A DNA stretch of 64,000 nucleotides from an uncultured Pseudomonadota bacterium (GTDB lineage: Bacteria > Myxococcota_A > Polyangia > Fen-1088), in assembly GCA_963847705.1 (NCBI GenBank), contig CAWKBC010000032.1, forward strand, positions 352,001-416,000, given 5' to 3'. The number at the start of each line of letters is the position of its first letter. Position 1 is the first letter of the stretch. The notes under the pieces are model-generated. The model did no database searches, was not told the DNA's origin, and saw only the letters and a program-made list of their open reading frames with translations. Positions 49,160-60,742 of the stretch are shown in pieces. Both the position numbers and the translations under genes were made by a program.

Positions 49160-50514
49160 GCAAACCAGATCCTCAGAGCCCTCTGCCCGGCGCACGCATT
49201 CTGGTCGTCGACGACGAAGAGGGGGTTCGAACCTTCCTGGCTGACGCGCTGTCGGCCGTGGGCCACGACGTCACGCAAGCGGGCGACGGCCAGACCGCGC
49301 TGGCCGCGCTGGCCCAGCGTGCCTTCCATCTGGCGATCACCGATCTGCGCATGCCGATCGTCGACGGGATGGAGCTGCTCCGCGCCATCCGGCGCGATCA
49401 CCCGGAGACGGAGGTGATCGTGCTGACCGCGCACGGATCGATCGAGAGCGCGGTGGAGGCCATGAAAGAAGGCGCGTTCGACTATCTTCAGAAGCCGGTG
49501 GGCAGCCCGGCCGAGCTGCGCCTGACGGTGGCCCGCGCGCTGGAGCGCCGGCGGCTGCGCGCGCGGGTGGAGATCTCCGACGTGGGGTCCGAACCACCGC
49601 TCGGGTACGGCGCGCCGGCCATGCGGCCGATCGAGCAGGCCCTGCGGAAGGTGGCCCCCACCAACGCCACCGTGTTGCTCCTCGGTGAGAGCGGCTCCGG
49701 CAAGGAGATCGCTGCCCGGGCGGTCCACCGCTGGAGCGCCCGCGCCGCCGGCCCCTTCGTGGCGGTGAACTGCGCCGCGCTCTCGGCCGAGCTCCTGGAG
49801 AGCGAGCTCTTCGGCCACGAGCGGGGGGCCTTCACCGGCGCGCACGCGCGGCAGCGCGGCCGCATCGAGCTGGCCGAGGGGGGGACGTTCCTTCTCGACG
49901 AGATCGGCGAGCTTGCCGCTGGCCTGCAGGCCAAGCTGCTGCGCGTGCTGCAAGAGCGCCGCTTCGAGCGCGTGGGAGGTCATCAGACGGTCGAGGCCGA
50001 CGTTCGTTGGATCGCCGCCACCAACCGCGATCTGACCGGAATGATCGCGCGCGGAGGCTTTCGCGAGGATCTCTATCACCGGCTCTCGGTGTTCCCGGTG
50101 CAGCTGCCGCCGCTGCGCGAGCGGCGTGAGGACATCGGCCCGCTGGCGGATCGCCTGCTGGCCCAGATCGCGGCCACGCTGGGGAGACCGGACTTGCGAC
50201 TCACCGACGACGGACGAGGCGCCCTCGCCGCGGCGGCCTGGCCCGGCAACGTGCGCGAGCTGGCCAACGTCCTCGAGCGCAGCGCCATCCTGGCGGACAG
50301 GGCCGACATCGGCGCGGACGATCTGGCCCTCCTGCCCGACACCGACGGCACCGGCGGGGGCGCAGCGGCTCCGACCACCATGTCGGAGCTGGAGCGCGAG
50401 GCCATCGAGCGGGCCCTGACGGCGACGGGCGGCAACCGCCGCCTCGCCGCCGCCAGGTTGGGGATCGGCCTCCGCACGCTCTACGAAAAGCTGAAGCGCT
50501 ACGGGTTGGCCTGA
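49156..50514 (+). CDS. sigma54-dependent response regulator (REC-AAA+-HTH)
   Basis: [35 protein letters not shown], Fis-type HTH. Confidence 0.95.
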
Positions 50515-50777
50515 TCGGGCGGCGGGCCCGGCGGGTGGTCCGGCCGGCAGGCCAGCCGCTTGTCGGGCGCCTCCGCGCAGAGGCCGGAGATTGTCCGGTC
50601 GTGGAGCGTGACCTGACAGGTGTCGCCGGACTTCTTTTGGCTGCAGGCCTCGTAGGCCTCGGGGGGCGGACCGTGGTGGGGCTCGGGGCAGTCCGCGGCG
50701 CGCGCGGTGACGCCCCCGCTGCCGGGCGAGATGGCGATGAACGACGACAGACAGAACGCGAGGTGGGTGAACTTCAT
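50499..50777 (-). CDS. Small secreted Cys/Pro-rich protein
   Basis: Signal peptide; [23 protein letters not shown]; AAAGGA RBS; sigma54 promoter upstream. Confidence 0.8.
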   Translation of the reverse strand: MKFTHLAFCLSSFIAISPGSGGVTARAADCPEPHHGPPPEAYEACSQKKSGDTCQVTLHDRTISGLCAEAPDKRLACRPDHPPGPPPDQANP

Positions 50778-50826
50778 GAATCGTTTCCTTTCAGCGCCCG
50801 ACGAACCGGACGCGGAGCGATCCCTC

Positions 50827-50842
50827 TGCAGCGGTCGCGCCA
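50827..50842 (-). promoter_or_regulatory. sigma54 promoter of the small secreted protein
   Basis: TGGCGCGACCGCTGCA (GG-N10-GC), 50 nt upstream of the ATG. Confidence 0.65.
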
Positions 50843-50917
50843 GTTCGCGCAGATCGTGAAACGCGCGCGTTCTCGCGGGCGAGCGCCGCCGACGAGACGC
50901 CGGGAGACGTCACCGAC

Positions 50918-50952
50918 TGCAGGAATGGCAGCCACCTGCTGCGGCAACCGCA
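50918..50952. promoter_or_regulatory. Tandem enhancer-like palindromes TGCAG-gaa-TGGCA and TGCGG-caa-CCGCA
   Basis: 22 bp apart, about -100 to -135 from the predicted start site. Confidence 0.6.
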
Positions 50953-51032
50953 GCTCGGCGCCACACCACCGTGCCGCATGCCATCCGCCACCCCCATGAA
51001 AGTCTCGGAAGTTCACCTAAATCCAATGGGGG

Positions 51033-51066
51033 TTGACATCCTATCGCGTATGAATACGATATATCG
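51033..51066 (+). promoter_or_regulatory. sigma70 promoter TTGACA-16-TACGAT overlapped by palindrome CGATATATCG
   Basis: -35 at 51033-38, -10 at 51055-60, palindrome at 51057-66; locally AT-rich. Confidence 0.7.
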
Positions 51067-51073
51067 CAATAGC

Positions 51074-51631
51074 ATGCGATCTCGCACTCCACCGGAACTC
51101 TCCTCACCCCTTCCCGATCAACGCCGCCGCGTACGCGGCGCTCGACACGGCCATGTCCACGACCACGGCGAGCACCACGGCCGCGAACGCGGCCGCCTCC
51201 GCCACGGCGACGTGCGGATCGCCCTCTTGATGGCCCTCGCCGAGGGGCCCGCCCACGGCTACGAGCTGGGGCAGCGGCTGGAGAAGGCCAGCCAGGGGGC
51301 CTGGCGCCCCAGCCCAGGGTCGATCTACCCGACGCTGCAGCTGCTGGCCGACGAGGAGATGGTCTCGTCGGAGGAGCGCGACGGGAAGCGAATCTACACG
51401 CTCACCCGGCGCGGGCAGGCCGAACAGAAGGAGCGGGCCGGCCGCGGCGAGGGCTCGCCCTGGCAGGGCGCCTACGACGAGCGCGCCGGCGACCTGCGCG
51501 AGGCGGTGGTGGCGCTCAAGATGGCGGCCAAGCAGGTGGCGGCGGTCGGGACCACCGATCAGCAGAGCCGCGCCACCGCGGTCGTCGTCGAGGCGCGCCG
51601 CAAGCTCTATGACCTGCTGGCCACGACATGA
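51074..51631 (+). CDS. PadR-family regulator with His-rich N-terminus
   Basis: GDVRIALL..L...PAHGYEL, WRPSPGSIYPTLQLL, ARRKLY.LLA. Confidence 0.9.
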   Translation: MRSRTPPELSSPLPDQRRRVRGARHGHVHDHGEHHGRERGRLRHGDVRIALLMALAEGPAHGYELGQRLEKASQGAWRPSPGSIYPTLQLLADEEMVSSEERDGKRIYTLTRRGQAEQKERAGRGEGSPWQGAYDERAGDLREAVVALKMAAKQVAAVGTTDQQSRATAVVVEARRKLYDLLATT

Positions 51632-52890
51632 GCGCCAGCGCTGTCAGCCCCACCCCCGTCGCCAAGCCACCGGCCTTCGCGGCCCTGCGCCTGCCCGGCT
51701 ACCGGGCCCACTTCATCACCTATGTGCTGGCGATGATGGCCGACAACATCGAGCACGTCATCAGCTACTGGGTGGCGTTCCAGAAGTTCCACTCCCCGGC
51801 CCTGGGCGGCTTCGCCGTGCTCTCCCACTGGATCCCCTACCTGGCCTTCTCCGTCGGCGTCGGCGCCCTCAACGACCGCTTCGACAGCCGCCGGATCATC
51901 CAGACCGGGATGGTCCTCTTCATCACCGTCTCGCTCGGGTGGGGCTACTTCTTCGTGACCGACACGCTCCGCGTGGGCGACGCGATGGTGCTGCTGGTCC
52001 TGCACGGCTGCGCGGGCGTCTTGTGGCAGACCTCCAGCCAGATGCTCCTCCACGACATCGTCGGCCCCGAGCTCTTGCCGAGCGCCGTGCGCCTCAACGC
52101 CACCGGGCGCTACCTGGGCGTGCTGGTCGGCCCGGCGGTGGGCGGCCTCATCATGTTGAAGCTGGGGCCAACGCGCGGGATCTTCCTCAACACCGCCTTC
52201 TACCTGCCGCTCATCATCTGGTTGTGGCGCGCGCCCTACGGCCGCCACTTTCGGGGCGACAAGGCGCCGCCCAGGCGGGCGGTGCGCGGTCTCCAGGACA
52301 TCCTGGCGACCCTTCGCGAGGTGCGCGGGCTGCCGGTGATCGCCGGGATGTTGACCCTGGCCGGCGGCGCGTCGTTCTTCATCGGCAACAGCTACCAGGC
52401 GCAGATGCCCGGGTTCGCGCACGATCTCGGGCATGGCGATCCGGGGACCGCCTACAGCGCCCTCCTGGCGGCCGACGCGGCCGGGGCGCTCCTGGCGGGA
52501 TTTCTCCTGGAGAGCGGCGGCGGCCTCCTGCCGACCAGCCTGGCGTCGGCGTTCCGGTTGGCGACCTTCTGGGCCGCGGCCCTGATCGGCTTCGCGATGA
52601 CGCGAACGTACCCGCTGGCCCTGGCGCTGCTCTTCACCGCCGGGTTCTTCGAGCTGTCGTTCAGCAGCATGGCGATGACGCTGGTGCAGGTGAACGCGCC
52701 CAACGCCACCCGCGGCCGGGTCCTCGGCCTCTTCAACATGGCGGCCCTCGGCCTGCGGGCCTTCAGCGGCATCACCGTGGGGCTGGTCGGCAGCCTGACC
52801 GGGATCCACTGGTCCCTGGCGGCCGCCGCGCTGGGGTTCGCGACGTTCCTCTTCGTGCGACGGCCGCGTCAGCTTTCCCCCGCCGGGTAG
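51628..52890 (+). CDS. MFS transporter
   Basis: ATGA overlap; GALNDRFDSRR, RGRVLGLF, 12-TM pattern. Confidence 0.88.
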   Translation: MSASAVSPTPVAKPPAFAALRLPGYRAHFITYVLAMMADNIEHVISYWVAFQKFHSPALGGFAVLSHWIPYLAFSVGVGALNDRFDSRRIIQTGMVLFITVSLGWGYFFVTDTLRVGDAMVLLVLHGCAGVLWQTSSQMLLHDIVGPELLPSAVRLNATGRYLGVLVGPAVGGLIMLKLGPTRGIFLNTAFYLPLIIWLWRAPYGRHFRGDKAPPRRAVRGLQDILATLREVRGLPVIAGMLTLAGGASFFIGNSYQAQMPGFAHDLGHGDPGTAYSALLAADAAGALLAGFLLESGGGLLPTSLASAFRLATFWAAALIGFAMTRTYPLALALLFTAGFFELSFSSMAMTLVQVNAPNATRGRVLGLFNMAALGLRAFSGITVGLVGSLTGIHWSLAAAALGFATFLFVRRPRQLSPAG

Positions 52891-52925
52891 CCAGCCACCG
52901 CCCGTTCACTCGGGCGCCGACCTGG

Positions 52926-53120
52926 TCATCCGACGCGGCCGACGTCGTCCCCGCGGAATGCCTGGGCGTTGTCGCGCGTCCAGGCGTCGAAGCTGCTCGG
53001 CTTGCCGCCGGTGACGCGCGCGACGACGTCGGTGACCAGGTCGACGCATCCTTCCCGGACCTCTCTCCACAAGGTCACGAGCGCAGCGGCCACCTCGCCG
53101 GGCATCCCCGTGCGAAGCAG
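52926..53120 (-). pseudogene. C-terminal remnant of an NmrA/atypical-SDR NAD(P)H-binding protein
   Basis: Hand translation LLRTGMPGEVAAALVTLWREVREG..VTDVVARVTGGKPSSFDAWTRDNAQAF; no Rossmann N-terminus; abuts the C39 stop. Confidence 0.6.
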
Positions 53121-53121
53121 G

Positions 53122-53763
53122 TCACTCGATGGGGATTGGTTCGGCGGGGTATCGGGCGAGCCGCGGCTCTCCCCGGAGCACGATGCCCAGCCTTTCGAAG
53201 GTGATTCGGCGGCCTCGGTCGAGATCGTAGTCGTGCCAGCGCTGCAGGAACTGGTCGCGCGTGAGGTACCCGTATCCGGTGCGAACCGAGGGATCCATGA
53301 GGTAGACGCGATCGCGAGAGAGGCCGACGACGACGACGTAATGACCGTCCTCCCAGTTCGTTCGCCAGTCGGTGACCGGTTTGGTCGCCCAGGCCTGCAG
53401 GGCCACGATCACCACGTCGCCGCGCGACAACCCGCGATCGAGATCGTCGAAGGAGAGGCCGACCCGCGCGTCGGCCTGCAATCCGTACCGGCGTGCCTCC
53501 GCGACGATGCTGTCGACGCGGGTCCCCTCTTCGGCCGTGACGCCGAGCTCCGCGTCCAGGGTCGACTCGGGATCGTCGTAGACGCCGAAGTAGAGGAGCG
53601 CGGACATGAGCGCCGCGGCTCCGCAGCTCCATGGACGAGCTTGCGAGACCAGCGGAATGGGAAGCAGAGAGGGAGGTGGGAGTGAAAGCGAGGCCCTGAT
53701 GGCGTGCCCCGCGAGCAGCGTGGCGCAAAGAGCGACCGCCGCCGCGCTCCGACCGACCCTCAT
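53122..53763 (-). CDS. Exported C39-like cysteine peptidase
   Basis: QARPWSCGAAAL, GHYVVVVG, MDPS; signal peptide from ATG 53763. Confidence 0.85.
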   Translation of the reverse strand: MRVGRSAAAVALCATLLAGHAIRASLSLPPPSLLPIPLVSQARPWSCGAAALMSALLYFGVYDDPESTLDAELGVTAEEGTRVDSIVAEARRYGLQADARVGLSFDDLDRGLSRGDVVIVALQAWATKPVTDWRTNWEDGHYVVVVGLSRDRVYLMDPSVRTGYGYLTRDQFLQRWHDYDLDRGRRITFERLGIVLRGEPRLARYPAEPIPIE

Positions 53764-53926
53764 TCCTTCCCCGCCGTCCTCGCCATCTCGGTTCTCTCCA
53801 GCTGAACCTGAGGATCGCCCGCGCAGAGCGCCAGTCCCTCGACGCACGTAAGGAGCCGCCCTGCATCGACAGCGGGCGGCCGGGCACCGATGTTGACAGC
53901 GGTCTGCCCGGCCCCACCTACCTTAT

Positions 53927-54952
53927 GTGGCGTCTCCGCCGCCGCGAAAGCTTCCGCCTCCTTTGCGCTTGCTGGTGTTTGGCAGCGTGCCGGCGGTGCT
54001 GATCGGCATCGGCACGGTGGGCTACCGTTTTCTCGAGGGGTGGTCGTGGTTCAACTCGTTCTACGTGGCTGTCATTACGCTGACCTCGATCGGTCACAAC
54101 GAGACGGCCACCCTGTCGACCTCGGGCCACCTGTTCACGATGGCGCTGGCGCTGGGGGGGATCTTCACCGTGGCGGTCGCCGTGACCGAGCTCCTCAGCA
54201 CCCTCATCACCGGCGAGCTGCGTAACTTCTGGTGGAGCTGGCGCATGGGCAAGCGGATCGAGGCGCTCGAGCAGCACGTCATCGTCTGCGGCTACGGCCA
54301 CATCGGCCAGCACGTCTGCGCGGATCTCCTGGGCAGCGGGGTCCCCGTGGTGCTCATCGATCGCCGGGAGACGGCGCTCGAACCTGCCCGCGACGCGGGC
54401 GCTCTTCTCCTGATCGGTGACGCGACCGCCGACGCCAGCTTGAGTCGCGCCGGCATCGCGCGCGCCCGCGCGCTGGTGGCGGTTTCGGGCACCGATTCCG
54501 ACAACGTCCTCATCGCCATGACCGCGCGCCTCCTGTGTCCCCACCTGCCGATCGTGTCGTGCGCCGAAGAGGAGAGCATGGTGCACAAGCTGGAGCGCGC
54601 GGGAGCCACCCGGGTCGTTTCGCGCCACGCCATCGCGGGCGGGCTCATGGCCCAGGCGGTGTTGCGCCCGGCGCTGCTCGATTTCATCGAGGAGGCGACC
54701 GGAAAAAGACACCCGGATCTGCGGATGGAGGAGCAGCTGGTGGGTCCGGGGAGCCCGCTCGACGGCAAGACGGTGGGGACCAGCGGCCTTCGTTCCCGGG
54801 TGGGGCTCGTCCTGGTGGCCATCAAGCGCCCGGATGGAAGCCTGGCCTTCAACCCCGATGACGGCGCCCCGGTCGCCGCCGGTGACACCCTCATCACGCT
54901 CGGCAATCGCGAGCAGCTGGGTCGTGCCGATGCGCCCGCGCTCCCACGATAG
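53927..54952 (+). CDS. 2-TM potassium-channel-family protein with RCK (TrkA-N/C) domains
   Basis: EGWSWFNSFY..ITLTSIG, HVIVCGYGHIG, GDAT, DSDNV. Confidence 0.88.
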   Translation: MASPPPRKLPPPLRLLVFGSVPAVLIGIGTVGYRFLEGWSWFNSFYVAVITLTSIGHNETATLSTSGHLFTMALALGGIFTVAVAVTELLSTLITGELRNFWWSWRMGKRIEALEQHVIVCGYGHIGQHVCADLLGSGVPVVLIDRRETALEPARDAGALLLIGDATADASLSRAGIARARALVAVSGTDSDNVLIAMTARLLCPHLPIVSCAEEESMVHKLERAGATRVVSRHAIAGGLMAQAVLRPALLDFIEEATGKRHPDLRMEEQLVGPGSPLDGKTVGTSGLRSRVGLVLVAIKRPDGSLAFNPDDGAPVAAGDTLITLGNREQLGRADAPALPR

Positions 54953-56291
54953 TCAGGTCGGCGGCGCTCCGCTCGCAGCGGGGCGCTCGGCGGCGGGCGC
55001 CGGCGCGCGCCTGTCGCGCCTCGGCACCGCCGCCTTCGGGGCGCTCCTGGGCGGGGTGGTCGGTGGGTTCTTCGTGGTGGGCGTGACCCTGGTGCTCAAG
55101 GCGGGGATGGATTTCGTCGCCCGCCAGGAGACCTGGTTCATCATCGTGGCGCCCCTCGTCGGGCTGTCGGTCGCCGTGCTGGTGCTCCACGGGATCGGCA
55201 CGAGCGGCACGACGACCGCCGAACGGAAGGCGCACGCCTGGCTGACGTTTTCTCCCGAGGCGGCCCGGGCGGACATCAGCGCCGACGTGGTGAACTGCGC
55301 CGGCGAAGAGGAGCGATTCCCCTGGCGGCTGGCCCCGCTTCGCCTGATCGCCATCCTGGCCACCGTCGGCTCGGGCGTGGCGATGGGGACCGAGGCGCCC
55401 GCCGCGTACCTGGGCGTGGCCGCCGGCGACTGCCTGGGAGATCGCGGCCGCGGCTGGCGCCGGATTCTGCGGCCGGCCGCCCTCGCCGGCGGCGCGGCAG
55501 GCGTGGCTGCGCTCATGGCGATCCCTTTGGTGGGGACGGCCTTCATGCTGGAGATCGGCCGGCGCCGGCGTGCGCCGGTGAGCGGCGAACGCCTGACCGC
55601 GGCGCTGCTCGGGGGATTCATCGGCTGGGCGATCAACCTGACCTTCCACCTCAACCTGATCCGCCTCATCGTGCCGAAGGAGCCCCCGGTCAGCTTGCTG
55701 CAGGCGGTGCTCACCGCGCTCTTCATCGGGCTCGCCTCGGGCGCCATCAGCTCGACGGCCGGGGTCGCGGTTTATCGCGCCAAAAAATGGAAGGCCTCTC
55801 CGATCGTCCGGCTGGCGCTGGGCGGGGTGGCGACGGCCGTGACCGCGCTGGTGCTCGTGCGGCTCGCGGCCCCCCCGGCCGCCTCTGGCCCGGGCGGCGG
55901 CGCCATCCTGTGGGCCGAGAGCGTCAATGCGCTTCCGCTGACCCTGCTGGCTGTCTGCCTCCTGCGAGCGGTGGCGACCACAGCGGCGGTCGCGGCGGGC
56001 GGCTGCGGCGGCGTCTTCGTCCCCTTCCTCGCCGTCGGTGACCTGGCCGGCCGGGTGTTCGCCCCGGGCCTCGGGGTGGGGAACGATCTCGCCGGCGCGG
56101 CGGGCGCAGCGGGTGGCATCGCGGGCGGCTACCGTTTGCCGCTCACCGCGGTGGCGATGGAGCTCGGGCTCGGCGGCCCGCCCAGAGCGACGCTGACCTG
56201 CCTGGCCACCATCGGCATCGCCTATCTCGCGGGCCTGGCCGCAGAGGCGGGGCTCGGCAGGTTGAAAGCGCTCGCCGTTTCTCGCCGGTAG
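54930..56291 (+). CDS. Divergent ClC chloride channel/antiporter family protein
   Basis: GVAMGTEAPA, GGAAGVAA..PL.G..F.LE, GGVFVP, YRLPLTA; start uncertain. Confidence 0.8.
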   Translation: MRPRSHDSQVGGAPLAAGRSAAGAGARLSRLGTAAFGALLGGVVGGFFVVGVTLVLKAGMDFVARQETWFIIVAPLVGLSVAVLVLHGIGTSGTTTAERKAHAWLTFSPEAARADISADVVNCAGEEERFPWRLAPLRLIAILATVGSGVAMGTEAPAAYLGVAAGDCLGDRGRGWRRILRPAALAGGAAGVAALMAIPLVGTAFMLEIGRRRRAPVSGERLTAALLGGFIGWAINLTFHLNLIRLIVPKEPPVSLLQAVLTALFIGLASGAISSTAGVAVYRAKKWKASPIVRLALGGVATAVTALVLVRLAAPPAASGPGGGAILWAESVNALPLTLLAVCLLRAVATTAAVAAGGCGGVFVPFLAVGDLAGRVFAPGLGVGNDLAGAAGAAGGIAGGYRLPLTAVAMELGLGGPPRATLTCLATIGIAYLAGLAAEAGLGRLKALAVSRR

Positions 56292-56417
56292 GCCCGGTCG
56301 CCGGTGCCGGCGCGAGGGCAACCGCGGAGGAGAATGTCTAGCTGTTGATGTGCGGCCAGGACGTTCAGACTGCCGTGCGTCAGGGGCTCTCCGTTCGCCT
56401 CCTGCCGGCCTTCGAAC

Positions 56418-58214
56418 TTGTCTCTCTTCCACACCACCGACCCCACCGACGGCGGAGATCCCCTCGCTGAGGGCATCTCCGCCGGGGAATACGCGGCGCG
56501 CGGCGCCGACCGCGGTGGCGTGCCGCTGCGCCCCTGGCAGGAGGACGCGCTGGCCCAGTTCGAGGCCAGCGGCGCGCCGAATTTTCTGGCGGTAGCGACA
56601 CCCGGCGCCGGCAAGACCACCTTCGCGCTGACCGCCGGCCGGCGCGCGCTGGTGTCGAAGGCGATCCGCCGGATCGTGGTGGTGGTCCCCACGCAGCACC
56701 TCAAGTATCAGTGGGCCCAGGCGGCCGAGCGTCTGGACATCCACCTCGACCCGGAGTGGAGCGTCGGCTATGGCGGGTTGCCCTCGGACGCGCACGGCGT
56801 GGTGGTCACCTATCAGCAGGTCGCCGCGGGGCCGGCGGCGTTCCGGCCCATGGTCCGACAGGCGCTGGTGGTGCTGGACGAGATCCACCACGCGGGGGAC
56901 AGCCGGTCGTGGGGCGACGCGATCCGCCAGGCGTTCGATCCGGCCTGGCGGCGGCTGAGCCTCTCGGGCACGCCGTTTCGCTCCGACCAGCGGACGATCC
57001 CCTTCATCAACTACGTCGGCGAGCTGGCCCAGCCCGACTTCGAGTACGGATACGGCGACGCGCTCAAGGATCGCCAGGTCGTGCGGCCGGTCTATTTTCC
57101 GCGCATCAACGGGCGGATGGAGTGGACCGCGCCCGACGGCGTCTCCTACGAGGCGACCTTCGACGATCGTCTGGCCCGCGAGCTGGCCAGCCAGCGGCTG
57201 CGCACCGCCCTCGACGTGGCCGGCGACTGGATGCCCACCGTGCTGGCGCAGGCGCACGCGCAGCTGATGCACCTGCGGGAGAAGGACGCCAGGGCGGCCG
57301 GCCTGGCCATCACCATCGATCAAGAGCACGCCAAGGCGATCGCCACCATCATGGAAGAGCGGCTGGGCGTCTCGCCGACCGTCACCACCTCGGACGATCC
57401 CGCCGCCTCCGAGAAGATCAGCCGGTTCGCCGACGGCATTGCGCCCTGGATCGTGGCGGTGCGGATGGTCTCGGAGGGGGTCGACATCCCGCGGCTCCGG
57501 GTCGGCGTCTACGCCACCAACACGGTGACCGAGCTGTTCTTTCGGCAGGCGGTGGGGCGTCTGGTCCGCTGGAACGCCCGGCTGGCCAAGCAGGCGGCTT
57601 ACATGTTCATCCCCGACGACGTTCGGCTGCGAAAGTTCGGCGCCGGCATCGCCGAGCAGCGCCGCCACTCGCTGCGCAAGGAATCGCGAACCGATGACAG
57701 GTTCGAAGGGGAGCGCGACGGCGAGGCTCCCGGCAAGAAGACCGAGACCGAGCGGGACCTGGCGGAGCAACTTTCGCTGTTCGCGCCGATCTCGGCCACG
57801 CCGCTCGACGAGCACGGCCGCCCCCTCGAGGCGCCCCGCATCTACCAGGCGGACGGCGACGCCGACCTCGACCCCAACGGCGAGATCCCCGACTTCGTCG
57901 GCGCCGCCGAGCTCACCGGTCCGCCGCGGGCCACGCTGTTGCGCCCCTCCCCTGCGCTCGGGCGCGTCCCCCCGCCGGTCGCCGATCCCATCCCCGTCGC
58001 CCCCGCCAAGAGCGGTGCCCTGGCCCGCCGCCGACAGCTGCGCGAGCAGAACAGCGAGGCGGTGATCGACCTCGTCCACCTGACCGGCCGCACCCACGCC
58101 GACATCAACGCGGTGCTGAACAGAAAAGTGGGGATCAAACGGATCGGCATGGCCACCGTGCGGCAGCTCGAACAGCGCCTGGCCGCCGCCAAGGCCATGG
58201 TCAAGCGCCGCTAG
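56418..58214 (+). CDS. SF2 DEAD/DEAH-box helicase
   Basis: LRPWQ, ATPGAGKT, DEIHH, SGTPFRSD, MVSEGVDIP, QAVGR. Confidence 0.9.
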   Translation: MSLFHTTDPTDGGDPLAEGISAGEYAARGADRGGVPLRPWQEDALAQFEASGAPNFLAVATPGAGKTTFALTAGRRALVSKAIRRIVVVVPTQHLKYQWAQAAERLDIHLDPEWSVGYGGLPSDAHGVVVTYQQVAAGPAAFRPMVRQALVVLDEIHHAGDSRSWGDAIRQAFDPAWRRLSLSGTPFRSDQRTIPFINYVGELAQPDFEYGYGDALKDRQVVRPVYFPRINGRMEWTAPDGVSYEATFDDRLARELASQRLRTALDVAGDWMPTVLAQAHAQLMHLREKDARAAGLAITIDQEHAKAIATIMEERLGVSPTVTTSDDPAASEKISRFADGIAPWIVAVRMVSEGVDIPRLRVGVYATNTVTELFFRQAVGRLVRWNARLAKQAAYMFIPDDVRLRKFGAGIAEQRRHSLRKESRTDDRFEGERDGEAPGKKTETERDLAEQLSLFAPISATPLDEHGRPLEAPRIYQADGDADLDPNGEIPDFVGAAELTGPPRATLLRPSPALGRVPPPVADPIPVAPAKSGALARRRQLREQNSEAVIDLVHLTGRTHADINAVLNRKVGIKRIGMATVRQLEQRLAAAKAMVKRR

Positions 58215-58271
58215 GTCGATCCCGGTCGCCCACCGGCGACTGCGCTCGCCGTCGAGCCAGTGCGGAGAGAG

Positions 58272-60647
<2,376 letters not shown>

Positions 60648-60742
60648 GCCCGGCAGAGGCTATCCATCTGCCGCGCCGTGAGAAGCTTGAATATTTCCAA
60701 ACTGCGACGTCTCATGTTCGACCTCACCGACCAAGTCGTTCC

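Noticed and set aside
53122-53763. RiPP/bacteriocin cluster around the C39 peptidase
   Set aside because: No ABC exporter, precursor or modifying enzyme adjacent; it is a stand-alone exported peptidase.
54930-56291. Fluoride-specific CLC-F
   Set aside because: Lacks the GNNLI, GREGT and GEVTP signatures, and no fluoride riboswitch was seen.
56418-58214. Helicase as a restriction or anti-phage system
   Set aside because: No methyltransferase, nuclease or other defence gene adjacent.
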